Of a stretch of 64,000 bases of DNA, positions 11,875-23,298 are shown piece by piece. The notes under the pieces are model-generated. The model saw only the letters and a list, made by a program, of their open reading frames with translations, had not been told where the DNA came from and made no database searches. Numbering within the stretch: the first letter of the stretch is position 1; each line of letters starts with the position of its first letter. Position numbers and translations under genes: made by a program. This DNA comes from Takakia lepidozioides (Eukaryota > Plantae > Bryophyta): assembly GCA_030704615.1 (NCBI GenBank), contig CM060733.1, positions 56,854,001-56,918,000 of the forward strand. Reading direction: 5' to 3'.

Positions 11875-12229
11875 GATAACGGCTATGCTATGAGGGCCAA
11901 ACAGCGAGCGTCACAACGGGACATACCGGGTGGTGATTGGTGTACACTACCTGGTCACGGGCAGAAAAGGCTAACTACGCGGTACTTAGCAAATGGCGGA
12001 ACAAGGGTACATTACCACGGGAGCAGTAGTGAGTAGTGTAATAACCGTGGGCCGTGAACCACGATATCACACGGCCACATTAGCATCGGCTTTAACCAAT
12101 AGAGGGAGTAGTGGACCGTTTACCACTATGGCTCACGACCACTACAACGAGCCATTTTTTTAGCAAACCTTTTAGGTTGCGTAGGCAGTTATGCAAACGG
12201 TCATTAACGACCACAGGCTGTAATGGCTC

Positions 12230-15200
12230 TTTCGAGGCCATCGAGATGATTTTGGTTCGCTTTCCGACTTGGCCAATATGTTCAATGTACCATGGAAGAG
12301 GCCCCAGAGTAATATGAGATCAACCAAAATTTGTTCAATGGGCCGACGGATGGTTGTCCATCCAAATGATTTTCGTTCGCTTTGAGACTTGGCCAATGTG
12401 TTCAATGTACCCTCTGATAGGTCTTAGTGTAATATGAGATCAATCGAAATTTGTTCAATGGGCCAATGAGGCGTTCAGTTGTCATCTGGTTTTTGTTCAT
12501 TGCGAAAAAAAAATCCTGCAATGCGTGCACGGCTATTGCACCCATTGAACGGATGTGGTTGAAGCCCCTCTTTTGCCCGCATGTGCTTGAACATGTGTGC
12601 AACACATGTGCGGAGACACAACAGACGAATCAATCATTTGCCTCCCCATCGACACCAAGCCATTCCATAATGTAATTGAATTTAAATTAATTTTAAGCCA
12701 ATAAATAGGTTTGCACTGCCTTTCATTGGGGGTTTCTGGCACGTATGGATTTTGTTTTTGGCTCAATTTTGTTCTGCGGCCTCCAGCATCCCACCACTAC
12801 TCCCCCGCCAAAATTTGGACCAATCAAAAATGCCCCAAAAAAAAAATGTTCTCTTCGCTCACTATTGTAGAACTCTCTATGAAGAGTGCATGAAGTTGAA
12901 CACAAATCAAGTTTAGAGTGCAAAACAGGGAAGAAACTGTGGTTTTGGGTCCAAATGAATTATGTTCACTCCCAAATTTGGCATGCACGTTGCATATGGC
13001 TACATTACACGCCCCATTCAAAAATAGAATGAAAAAAAAATCGTGAGCACGCGAAACACAGTCCAACAGGTCCCAAAGCAATAGCAGATCTAGCGGAATA
13101 CATTCAACGGGTGAACGGATGGTTGCCCATCCAAATCATTTTTGTTTGCTTTTAAACTTTGCCAGTACGTCCGAGACACCCTCTCAAATATCAGATCAAT
13201 CGAAATTCATTCGATGGCTCAACGGATGGTTGGCCATCGAGATGATTTTGGTTCGCTTTCCGACTTGGCCAGTATGTTCAATGTACCATGGAAGAGGCCC
13301 CAGAGTAATATGAGATCAACCGAAATTCGTTCAATGGGCCGACGGATGGTTGCCCATCCAAATGATTTTCGTTCGCTTTGAGACTTGGCCAGTGTGTTCA
13401 ATGTACACTCTGATAGGTCCCAGTGTAATATGAGATCAATCGTTAACGATTAATCATGAATCATCCAACAGGGGAACTGTTGGTTCACCCTTTGAACCAT
13501 TTAACATTGACATCATACTTGTCCAGTAACTTTAAGAGGGCATGTACAAGACACTCGCAAAGTTTCAAATGAATCCAAAATCATTTGGCAGGGAAATGAT
13601 TGGTTCACCCATAGCTAATTTCAGGGGCTGAAATTGCCATTTATGGGGCTCGAATTGCCAATTTCAGGGGCTGGACTTGCAATTTGAGAGGTTGAAACTG
13701 CCATTCCAGGGGCTTCAATTGCCAATTTCAGGGGCTGCATTAGCAATTGCCATTTCACAGGCTACAGTTGCAATTTGAGGGGCGGGAATTGTCATTTCAG
13801 GGGCTAGAAGTGCAATTTGAGGGGTTGGAATTGACAATCTCAAGGGCTCAAATTACAATTTGAGGGGCGCCGGGGTTGATCATTTTAGGGACTGGCATTA
13901 CTAATTTTAAGGGCTTGAATTGCATTTTGAATTGTAATTCAAGGGTTACAATGGGCCATTGGGGGGCTAGAATTACCAAAGCAATGACATCCAAAGCAAT
14001 ATAAAATAATTTGATAGCGGAATGATTGGTTCACCCTTTCAACCATTTTTTTATTCACGTCATACTTGTCCGGTACTTGTAGGAGGGCATGTGGCTGACA
14101 CTTGCAAAACTTCAAAGCAATGTAAAATCATTTGATAGTGGAACAATTGGTTCACCCTTTCAACCATATTCTACTGACCTCAGACTTGTCTGGTACCTTT
14201 AAAATGGCATGTGAAAGACACTTGCAAAGCTTTAAAGCACTCCAAAATCATTCGATATGTTCATGATTGATTCACCCTTTCAACCATTTTAGATTGATTT
14301 GAAACTTGTGAAAGACCTGTAAGAGGGCATGTACAAGACACTTGCAAAGTTTCAAATCAATTTAAAATCATTTGGTAGGGGGACGATTGGTTCATCCTTT
14401 AAACCATTTTAGATTGATGTCATACTTTTCAAAGACGTGTAAGAGGGCATGTAGAAGACACTTGCAAAGTTTCGGAGCAAAAAAAATATCATTTCATCGG
14501 GGAAGTTTCCGTTCACCCTTTCATCCAATTTTGAATTGAACTGGATTTTTACTAAATAAAATGATTTAGAGGGCATAGGATTGTGGGGCGCAATGAGTGT
14601 GGGGCGCAATGATTTTGTTTTTGGCTTGATTTTGTTCTGTGAGTTGAACCCTCACACCACCACATCCTTGCCAAAAAATGTACCAAAGAAAAATGTTTGG
14701 AAAAAAACGTTCATCCTTTGCTCTATGCTCACTATTGCAAAACTCTATATGAAGAGTGCATGAAGTTGAAGATAACTTCACCTTGGAGTGCAAATGAGGG
14801 AATAAAATGTGTTGGATGCAGACGATGTCTGTTCATGGTGATATTTTGCATGCAACTCTTCATGTTGTTATCAAGCATATGGCTCAGAATGGAATTAAAA
14901 ACAATTCATGTGCAGGCGAAATGTTGTTTCTCCTTATGAATTTGAATAATCGATTCAAACAACTTTGTTGAAGTTCAACTTTGGTCCATATGTGCTTAAA
15001 TACGTACAAATCACGTACACAAAGTTGCAAGCGAAGAAATAATCATTTGCCCCCCGAACGACTCGTTAAACCTTTCAACCAAATTTCAATCATGAATCAT
15101 TTAATAGGGGAACTATTGGTTCACCCTTAGAACCATTTTAGATTACCTCATACTTGTTTGGTAACTTAAAGAGGGCATGTACAACACACTCCCAAAGTTT

Positions 15201-15250
15201 CAAATCAATCTAAAATCATTTGGCAGGGGAACAATTGATTTACCCATTGA
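12230..15250. repeat. Mosaic of ~120-bp tandem repeats (two subfamilies in opposite orientation), a ~21-bp minisatellite and duplicated AT-rich blocks
   Basis: ATGATTTT.GTTCGCTTT..GACTTGGCC units near 12248, 12367, 13242, 13361. ATTGGTTCACCCTTT.AACCATTTT units near 13478, 14024, 14146, 14266, 14386, 15115. CAATTTCAGGGGCTGGAATTGC-like units at 13615-13980. Block 12690-12920 resembles 14560-14790. Confidence 0.85.
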
Positions 15251-15452
15251 CCCGGCGTACACTGTCACTCTTCAAGATTCGTGGGTGTGGTGCTTGATTA
15301 TCCCATATGATGGACCCAGGTGCCATGGCCAAGTAACAAACCATTAAAACATTATGGTACGAGACAAACACAATTGAAAACAACATTTATTCAAACATGA
15401 TGTAGCGTCAGAGGTCTACAAGTTTCTATCCATCCTCCAGCAATTTTTGGGC

Positions 15453-16829
15453 TCAGGCCAATTGAATAGCCCCCAAGTTTTCCAGAGCGGAAGCAAAACA
15501 GGTTCCAGTAGACATATCGTTGAACAGGCTTGCATCGAACGTGTTACCCCCATTTATTGCCTGGGCTATCTTCCCAATTGCAAAGGTTTCTGATGGCACG
15601 GTTAGAGGGGGCCTACGAGGTGTGCCATCTGACTGGTTGTTGGCTACATTATGAACAATTGCAATTTCAGGTGCAATCCACCATCTATGTGCGAGAGTCT
15701 TTATCATATTGTCTCTGCTTTCGAAAATGTACAACGTGGTTTTTGGGTCATCCGTCGTGGAGGCCATCCCCCAATCGCATACCCCGATGTACACATCTTC
15801 AGACCCTTGTGGAAAATGCAACAAGATGTTGTCGGGGGACATGTCGTTGTGTAAGAGGTGGTGATTATGGACGTTGAGCGTGATGTGCAAAAGCGCCCAT
15901 GCCAATTGGGTGCGATTCTGTCGGAATCGAACCAGTCGGTTGACCTCCTGCATTTCCTGCTCCGTCCCCCGTCGTTCCATTAACTCCCTGTTATCCCGAT
16001 CATTCCCCTATTTCCTGTCAATACTCAACCATGATCGTATGGTCCCCCCATTCCACCAATGTGTGTAACCTTCATTTCGACGTGGATGCAACGCAAAATA
16101 CTTTATGATGCCGAAATGATGGAACTTTACAGCCAACGCCTCATTGTTATGTTGGACTTTGGCAAGCTCAACATTTGTTTCCCTGGGCGTTTTCCCTGCT
16201 AGCTCCCAAGATGGAGGAATGAATTGATCCCCAACAATTCTAACCCTCCGAATTGTACCATACCCTCCCTGTTTGGGCGCGTCGAGTTGTTGTACCTGTG
16301 CGTTTGTGGATATGTATCTCACGTTCAATGCCGCATCCGCAGACGAGGACCCTGCCTTCCATGGGAGTGGTTTTGTACGTCGTTTGGCGTAGGCCTTTGC
16401 CATGTCAGACCACCAATCCACAAGCACAAAGAACTCCTCCTCCGAAGTTGACATGCGACCTTCAGCTACAGGTGTTCTCGTAACAAATTTGTCCATGGTT
16501 TGCCTCAGATTCCATGTGGCATCATGGGCCCGGTCCTCCTCCCATTCATCCCCGGCCAAAGCCTCCCACATTCTCATCTCTATATTGTGCTGGAATCTAA
16601 GGAACCCCTCATTCCCATGCTGGACATACAAAAGATTCAAACGCATTATGTCATTGTCCTTCAAATAATCCAGCACTACTTGCTTCACCACCTTCGCGGC
16701 CTCTGCGCTTGGATAGTCTTTTTTGTTGACCTGACTATCCCATTCATGTGCATGTTTACGCTTTCCACCTTTACGCCCACTTCCCGAGGAACCCCCTGAC
16801 ACTGCGTTCGAAAGAACGTTTCCAGACAT
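15453..16829 (-). pseudogene. Intronless non-RD protein kinase with N-terminal extension, one in-frame stop
   Basis: Motifs: QGGYGTIRRV, LAGK, HNNE, LLHNDMSPDNILL, CDWG, WWIAPE. ORFs 16008-16829 and 15453-15980 are in the same frame, split by TAG at 16008-16010 where the paralog has TGG (LDRKWGND). TATATAA upstream at ~17117-17123 on the minus strand. Confidence 0.85.
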
Positions 16830-17142
16830 GATGAAGTATTCTGCGGAATAGACGCGGCTTCGTAACGGAAAACTAAACCCAGACTATTGATAACTTTATA
16901 TACTAGCAGACCAATTTCCTCACCCTCTATTGGTATAGTACCCAAAGCAAACTCTCCCGCAGTCCCAGGAAAAAAAGACAAAAACTCCTCCCCCACACAA
17001 ATCCACTTTCTCCCCCCCCACGCTCAGTCCTGGCCACCGAAGTTCAAATTCCAAAAAACCCCAGAACCGCACTCACAGAGAGGGGAAAAAGTGGGTTGGG
17101 AATGAGGGGTAGGCCCTTATATACTGCCTGGAGAGGCCTGGC

Positions 17143-17560
17143 GTGCGACCGCCTTTGCTACCCATTCACGCCTCGCCACGTATCCAGGGAGCGGTCGCAC
17201 CTAATAACAAAAAAGAAAAAGTCTGCGACCACCACCGGCTGGTGGTCGCACCCATTTAAAACATAATTAAAAATGTGCGACCATCCCCTGTTGGTGGTCG
17301 CACCCATTTAAAAAATAATTAAAAATGTGCGGCCATACCCTGCTGGTGGTCGCACCCAATTTAAAAAAATGAAAAAAACGTGCGACCACCCTCTACTTGT
17401 GGTCGCACCTATTAAAAAAAATGAAAATGCTGCAACCACTACCTGCTGGTGGTCGTACCCATTTAAAAAATAAGAAAAAATGTACGACCACCCCCTTCTG
17501 GTGGTCGCACCTATTTAAAAAAAATAAAAATTTGTCCGACCAACCTTTGCTGACGGTCGC
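17143..17560. repeat. Array of TGCGACCACC-N5/6-GGTGGTCGCA palindromes with A-tract spacers
   Basis: Copies near 17224, 17276, 17327, 17381, 17431, 17481 and 17535, a period of ~52 bp. Confidence 0.9.
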
Positions 17561-17716
17561 ATGATTGACAATATAAATCATAATATATGAATTTTACAAA
17601 TAATTAAAGAAGTCCACGTAATGAGGCCACATCGGTTGCCACGTCGGTTCTCATAATAAATAGTCAATAGTAAAGTAAAATAAATAAACATATTTATGTA
17701 CAGTAACGTAGGTTTA

Positions 17717-17801
17717 GGACGTGACGTGACGCACGTCCGTCGCTGACGTCGGACGTGACGCCGACGCGTCAACGCCACGTCACGTCCAAATTTGCAACTA
17801 G
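17717..17801 (+). mobile_element. Putative terminus of the kinase-carrying element (GC-rich hairpin followed by CTAG; Helitron-like 3' end or TIR)
   Basis: 12-bp perfect inverted repeat GGACGTGACGTG (17717) ... CACGTCACGTCC (17787), then 10 nt and CTAG (17798-17801), then an abrupt change into LTR sequence. The next base is G, not the canonical T. Confidence 0.4.
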
Positions 17802-18037
17802 GATGAGGGGTGGTAGTATGAGAGACGATGATCTGAACTATGAAGAAGGCTTATTTACATAAAGGAAATAAATAGTAGCATAAGAAATAGGAAAGCGATG
17901 GAGGAAGAACTATAATATCTGTGATCATTTTCCATATTATAAAAAAGTCAGTTTTCCATTCCCTTCGTTTTGTGAAATAAATAAATAATTATGTAGCATA
18001 TACAATTCAGAAATGGAGGGAAAATATGGACAAACAT

Positions 18038-18055
18038 TGGTGCGTCTGCAGGGAG
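18038..18055 (+). other. Primer binding site complementary to tRNA-Gly(UCC) 3' end
   Basis: TGGTGCGTCTGCAGGGAG, one base after ..CA. Differs at one position from TGGTGCGTCTGCCGGGAG, the complement of the plant tRNA-Gly(UCC) 3' end as I recall it. Confidence 0.75.
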
Positions 18056-18319
18056 CAGACTTTGTCTGCTTTCGTTAGTTGAGTTTAAAGTTTTCTCTGA
18101 TCTAGCTGAAAAGGATCAGGGTTATATTGCTCGAGTGAAAATAATAATAATAATAATGGAAACTCAAAATATATCTATTTTATTTATTAAATGTGATAGG
18201 TATTCTGGAGCTGACTATAAATGCTCTAAAGGATTTAAGAGATACTATAGCAGTTTCGGATTTCACAATGACAAGGAATCACTTAAACAACACAATTTTG
18301 GTGTCCAAAGATTTAAATT

Positions 18320-18769
18320 ATGAATCTGTTGCAAGAAGTCCCACATTCATGGAAGTTATTTGTTGATGGGGCTGCTCGTAGTAATCCAAGCCATGCAACA
18401 ATTGGTGTGGTTTTGATTGATCCGTTCGGTCTAATATAGAAGCAATTAGCTGAGTATATCGGTTTCCCAATTTCTAATAATGTGGCAGAATATAAAGCTC
18501 TCATAAGGGGTTTGGAGGAAACGAAGCTTCATGACATTTCTAGTGTTGAAATTAATATAGACTCTGAATTGGTCTACTGTCAAATCACTAGAGAGTATAA
18601 TATTTATGATAGGAAACTTCGTCAATTGAATGAAGAAGTCCAGAAGTTGTTAAAATTATTTGACTCTGTCACAATAAAATGTATTCCAAGGGAGGAAAAT
18701 CACCTAGCAGACTCATTAGCAAACATAGCTTTGAATGCTAGAGTGGGGTTAGAAAGAGTGTTACATTGA
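18320..18769 (+). pseudogene. Archaeal-type/Tat-like additional RNase H (aRH) ORF
   Basis: WKLFVDGAARSNP..IGVVL, SNNVAEYKALIRGLE, DSELV, IPREENHLADSLAN. One in-frame TAG near 18437. Confidence 0.85.
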
Positions 18770-18852
18770 ATTCAGACCACTGAATTATTGATCGTCATGC
18801 CCAATGCAATCTATTTAAACCAATTCCATAATACTACATTTTATTATGACTT

Positions 18853-20330
18853 ATGTCAGATTTAGCTAACACTTCTGGAAATTCTAAAATTGATTTCCTT
18901 AATGAAGCTCGTTTAAGATATTTGACTCCAAGACAATTACGTGTCGAAATAAGAAGTAGATCTAGGCAGCTTGCGTGAGCACGAGAAGAAGCCGAAAGGG
19001 AACGAAGAAGGATCCTAAGAACATCTGGACAACCAGAAGATGAGGAACAACCTCAAGAATCTTTATCTCCTAGAATCCTTTTGTCTGCCTTTATTAATTT
19101 GAATATTAATACCTCAAATGTTAAAGTCCCAGCCAACCCAAATCCTAGTGTAATTAATATTGTACCACCTATCATGGTTGCCTAACAAGCCGCGACAGGT
19201 TTGCCTATCGTCATTCCAGCTAATACAACTGCACCACCTAATATAGTAAGGGATATACCGCTATTTTATGGTTTAGTTACCGAAGATGTTGAACAACACA
19301 TTCAAAAAAATTTACATGTGTGTGCAGTCAGCCTTGTAGTAGAGGATGCCCATAAAATGATGGTTTTTCCTTATACTTTACGAGGGCAGGCTGACGCATG
19401 GTATTATAGACAGGTTGCAGCCACATTCGTCACTTGGCCAGATTTACGCGCTGCGTTCCAATTGGAATTTAATGCTGTAAAAGACATCCAAAGTGCAATG
19501 ATGGAATTATCTCAAGTTAGACAAGGTATTGATGAGATAGTTGAAAATTACGCTAATAGGTTAAAAGACCTAGCAAGAAAATATGAAACAACATTGAATT
19601 TAGATCAGATGGTTTTGAAATTATTCTTTATTCAAGGGCTGAAATATGAACATCAAATTCATGTAAGGTCAACTAATCCAGCCACTTTGACTGATGCCAT
19701 TGCCAGAGCAATATTATATGATCGTGCCATAAGAAGCACAAGGATAAATCCCATGGTTAATGCAACGCAACCTTCTATGGTACCTATGGGGTCCACCAAT
19801 ATGGTAGGATTTAATGGAGAACAGTTCAATGGTGTTAATAATCAACAATCACAAGCATATTTGAACCCAACTCCCTTAAATGTTCTGCCACCCTCTAGAC
19901 CTTTTGATTCTTTTAGTCAAGCAATTACTCTAGCTCCAAAGCACGAGGAAACACATTGGGAGGGCTTAAAGGATTGGATGAATACCGTCACCGAGAATTT
20001 AAAATCTGTAAATCAGAATATGGTTTTTATGCTTAAAACGCAAAATTTAATGGGAGGTAGGCCTGTGCAATCAAATGAGAAAAATCAGCTCATTTGTACC
20101 ACATGCAATGGGAGAATTCATACTGCGCAAAATTGTAAAGCCCATGTCATGTGCGGCATTGCCATAGACCTCACCATTATGAGTCAGAATGCTTTCGTAA
20201 ACAAAAGGATGAAGCGACAAGAAATAGAACTCAACCTGGTCCTATAAATCATAGAAACCAAGAAGGGTCACATCCTAAACCCGCATATTCTTGTTCAAAT
20301 CGTAACAAAGAATAGTTTAACGCGAGACAA
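18853..20330 (+). pseudogene. gag: gag (retrotransposon gag domain, two zinc knuckles)
   Basis: FPYTLRGQADAWY, QGIDEIVENYANRL, CTTCNGRIHTAQNC, and a frameshifted second knuckle CHRPHHYESEC. Upstream in-frame ATG at ~18853 with two stops. Confidence 0.8.
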
Positions 20331-20731
20331 GGGTGCTTCTTCTTCAGGTGTGAGTTTAATTATGGTCGAAAAATCTTCATCTGTACCGAAGGACGGGATT
20401 AGGTCTAAAGTAAGAAATAACACACGGGAAGTGTGGGAAGTAAGCACTCGGTCTAAAGTCAAAAACCCCGTTAAACAACCTGAGCCTGTCCCTGAGGATG
20501 AAGATGAAACTAATGAAGAAATTAATGACTTTTGCATACCCAAGCAGTCTCCTAAAGAACAAGATCAAATAAAATAATCTGGTCAATGAAAAGAATATTG
20601 TAGAAGAACACCTTCCTAAAGTCAATTGACCAAAGACTGTCACTTTTGCTGACCAAAATCAGGAGTTCAAAAGGAAAGAAGAAGAACTTCCAATAAAGAA
20701 ATACGCAAAACCTTATAGTGTATTAGAAGAC

Positions 20732-22662
20732 TTGGCAGAAAATAAGGCCAATATTACGTTATCCCAGTTGATAACTATTTGTCCAGCTATTCAAAAAGAA
20801 TTGAAATTGGGTCTAGTAAGAAAACGTAAACCAGTAAGGGTCATAAGAACGTTGGATTCAGCCATTATAGATAGAGATTGCCCCAAGGTAAATTGTATTG
20901 TGAATGAACTGGAAGTATCTGGAGCCTTGGTTGATGCAGGGTCGGGGGTAAATGTGATGACTTTAGTAGCCATGAAGGAACTAGGGTTGAAATTGTATGG
21001 ACCGTCTCCTTACTCATTGAGAATGGCTGATCACACTTCCGTGAAACCAGAAGGTATCATAATGAATGTAGAAATATCGGTGGCTGGTCAAATCACTAAA
21101 ACCCACTTTCATGTGTTAAGAGTAGATAATCCTCGTTGCGGATATTTACTTCTTTTAGGAAAGCCTTGGCTTCGAGAGGCTTACGTCGTAGTACATATTC
21201 CTAGAGGCATTCTAGCCATAGGCAAGGGTCCAAAAAAAGTGGTAGTGGATGCTTATCCCCAATTAACTTCTGAATCAAACCAGTTAAGTGAGCTGGAATA
21301 TTTTACAAGTGAATCAGATGAATATGATAGCTTCGACGAAGAATTGATGTATAATGAAACAAAAAAGGGTTTTACCAGAAGAGTTCAAGGGAGTTCTAGA
21401 TGTGTTGTTTTCAGAAGCACTTGAGATTTTAGATGGAGTCGATGGTTTTAAGAGTACCAAGGAAGAAGTCTCTGACAAGCTGGAAGTACAAACTAAAAGT
21501 TTGAAACCAGATGTTATTGAGCTAAATATAGGTACTGAAGGAGAGAGTAAACCAATCAGACTAAGTAAAGAACTTACAATTAATGAAGTCAATGAGTTCA
21601 CAGCTTTGTGTAAAGAATTTAAAGACATTTTTGCTTGGTCATATACGGACTTTAAAGGAATACCACCAAGCATTGTGACGCATAAAATTCTTTTAATGCC
21701 AGGAGCCAAGCCTATTCGGCAATGCCAAAGGAGGTTAATCATGTGCGCTTAGAAGCCTTACAAAAAGAGGTGATGAAATTAAGAGATAATGGTTAGAATG
21801 GGTCTCGTCAGTAGTAGTTGTCCCGAAGAAAATAGGGGGTTTAAGGGTTTGTGTGGATTATTCAGATTTAAGGTAACCAAAAAGGATTATTATCCATTAC
21901 CTTTTATTGATCAAATTTTAGACTCAGTGGCCGGGAAAGAATGTTATAGTTTTATGGACTGCTTTTCCGGGTACAACCAAATAGCTATTGAGGAGAGTGA
22001 TAAATTAAAAACAACATTTTCCACTATTTGGGGTACTTTTGCTTACCACGTCATGCCCTTTGGTTTGTGTAATGGTCCAGGGACATACCAACGGATGATG
22101 AATAACGCTTTTCAAGAATATCTTAATGATTTTGTAAGAATTTTTGTTGACGATTTATGCTGTTGCACTACTAAAAATGAACATCTTAAAGCTTTAAGAA
22201 AATGCTTTGAAAAATGTAGATTGTATAGCATAGCCCTCAATCTATGAAGTGTTCTTTTGGGGCTAGGTATGGAGTTTTGCTAGGACACGTGATTAGCCAA
22301 AAAAGACTTCAGGTAGATCCAGCAAAAATTGAGTTAATAATGAAAATGCCACCACCAACTAATGTGAGAGAGGCACGCATATTTAATGGGTCAACTAGTT
22401 ATTTTCGAAGGTTTGTAAATCACTTTGCATTAATAATGCTACCTTTAACCAATTTAACTAAAGAAGGAATAGTATTTGATTGGGAGGGAAATCCTCTTTG
22501 TCAATTAGCATTTCAAACTATTAAACAAAAATTAGTAACTCCTCCAATAATGCTAGCCCCAGACTTTGGCAAAATATTTTACTTATATGTGAGTGCTACT
22601 GAAGTTTCGGTGGCTAGTTGTTTAGCCCAGAGAGTGGAGTTGGATCATCCAATAGCTTATGC
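20732..22662 (+). pseudogene. pol: pol: aspartic protease, reverse transcriptase, start of RNase H (frameshifted, truncated)
   Basis: LVDAGSGVNVM; KDYYPLPFID; DCFSGYNQI; MPFGLCN; FVDD; LGHVIS; YFRRFV. Confidence 0.9.
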
Positions 22663-23298
22663 GGGGGTTGTTTTTTCATGAGCGATGAGCAGATGAGCCA
22701 TGAGCCATGAGCAGAGTTCCCGAACCTCCTCCATACCAAAATCTGAAGGGACGTTGGAGGCTCAGATCCGGTTCGGGATGTGTGCGAAGCTGATATGGCC
22801 ACATACTTAATGTCTAGGATGTATAAATGCAAGGTATTGGAAGGTGTACCACCCAATTCCGCGCGTCACATACACTACCAGAGTTAACCGAGGGCGAAGG
22901 GAAACGAGAAGTCGGCAGCGACTTCTCGTGCCTGGTGATCAGTAAAGTCTGTGCCGACTTCTAGAACAGAAGACCTAGGGGAAATGTAACTTAAAAAGGG
23001 CAGGCGGAGAAGTCTGTGCCGATTTCTCCCAAAACAGATCGTGTGCTTCAGTAAATAGGAAAATACAAGTAGGGACCGGGAAGTCTGTGCCGACTTCTGG
23101 CCCACAATGAAATGACATTAATTCGGAAAAAGACAGGGATTGTGAATATTGCTTAGAATGCAGATGTACTCCAACATTTTCCATGCTTCAAGACAATCTG
23201 TCATACTACTTTTTTGCTCTATCCATTGCATAGAGCTGCACAGAAAATAAACACGAAACAATTTTTTGAATTTACATAAACGTTTAAGGGTAACAAGG

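Larger units (their letters stand above)
17802..22662 (+). mobile_element. Ty3/gypsy LTR retrotransposon, truncated at both ends (partial 5' LTR, PBS, extra RNase H, gag, PR, RT, start of RH)
   Basis: LTR end ..AAACA at 18036, followed by the PBS, gag with CCHC knuckles, protease LVDAGSG, RT motifs, and RH cut after HPIAYA by the family-B terminus. Confidence 0.9.

Noticed and set aside
17798-17801. Confident Helitron call
   Set aside because: CTAG is followed by G rather than T, and no 5' TC end or Rep/helicase was found. Kept only as a low-confidence possibility.
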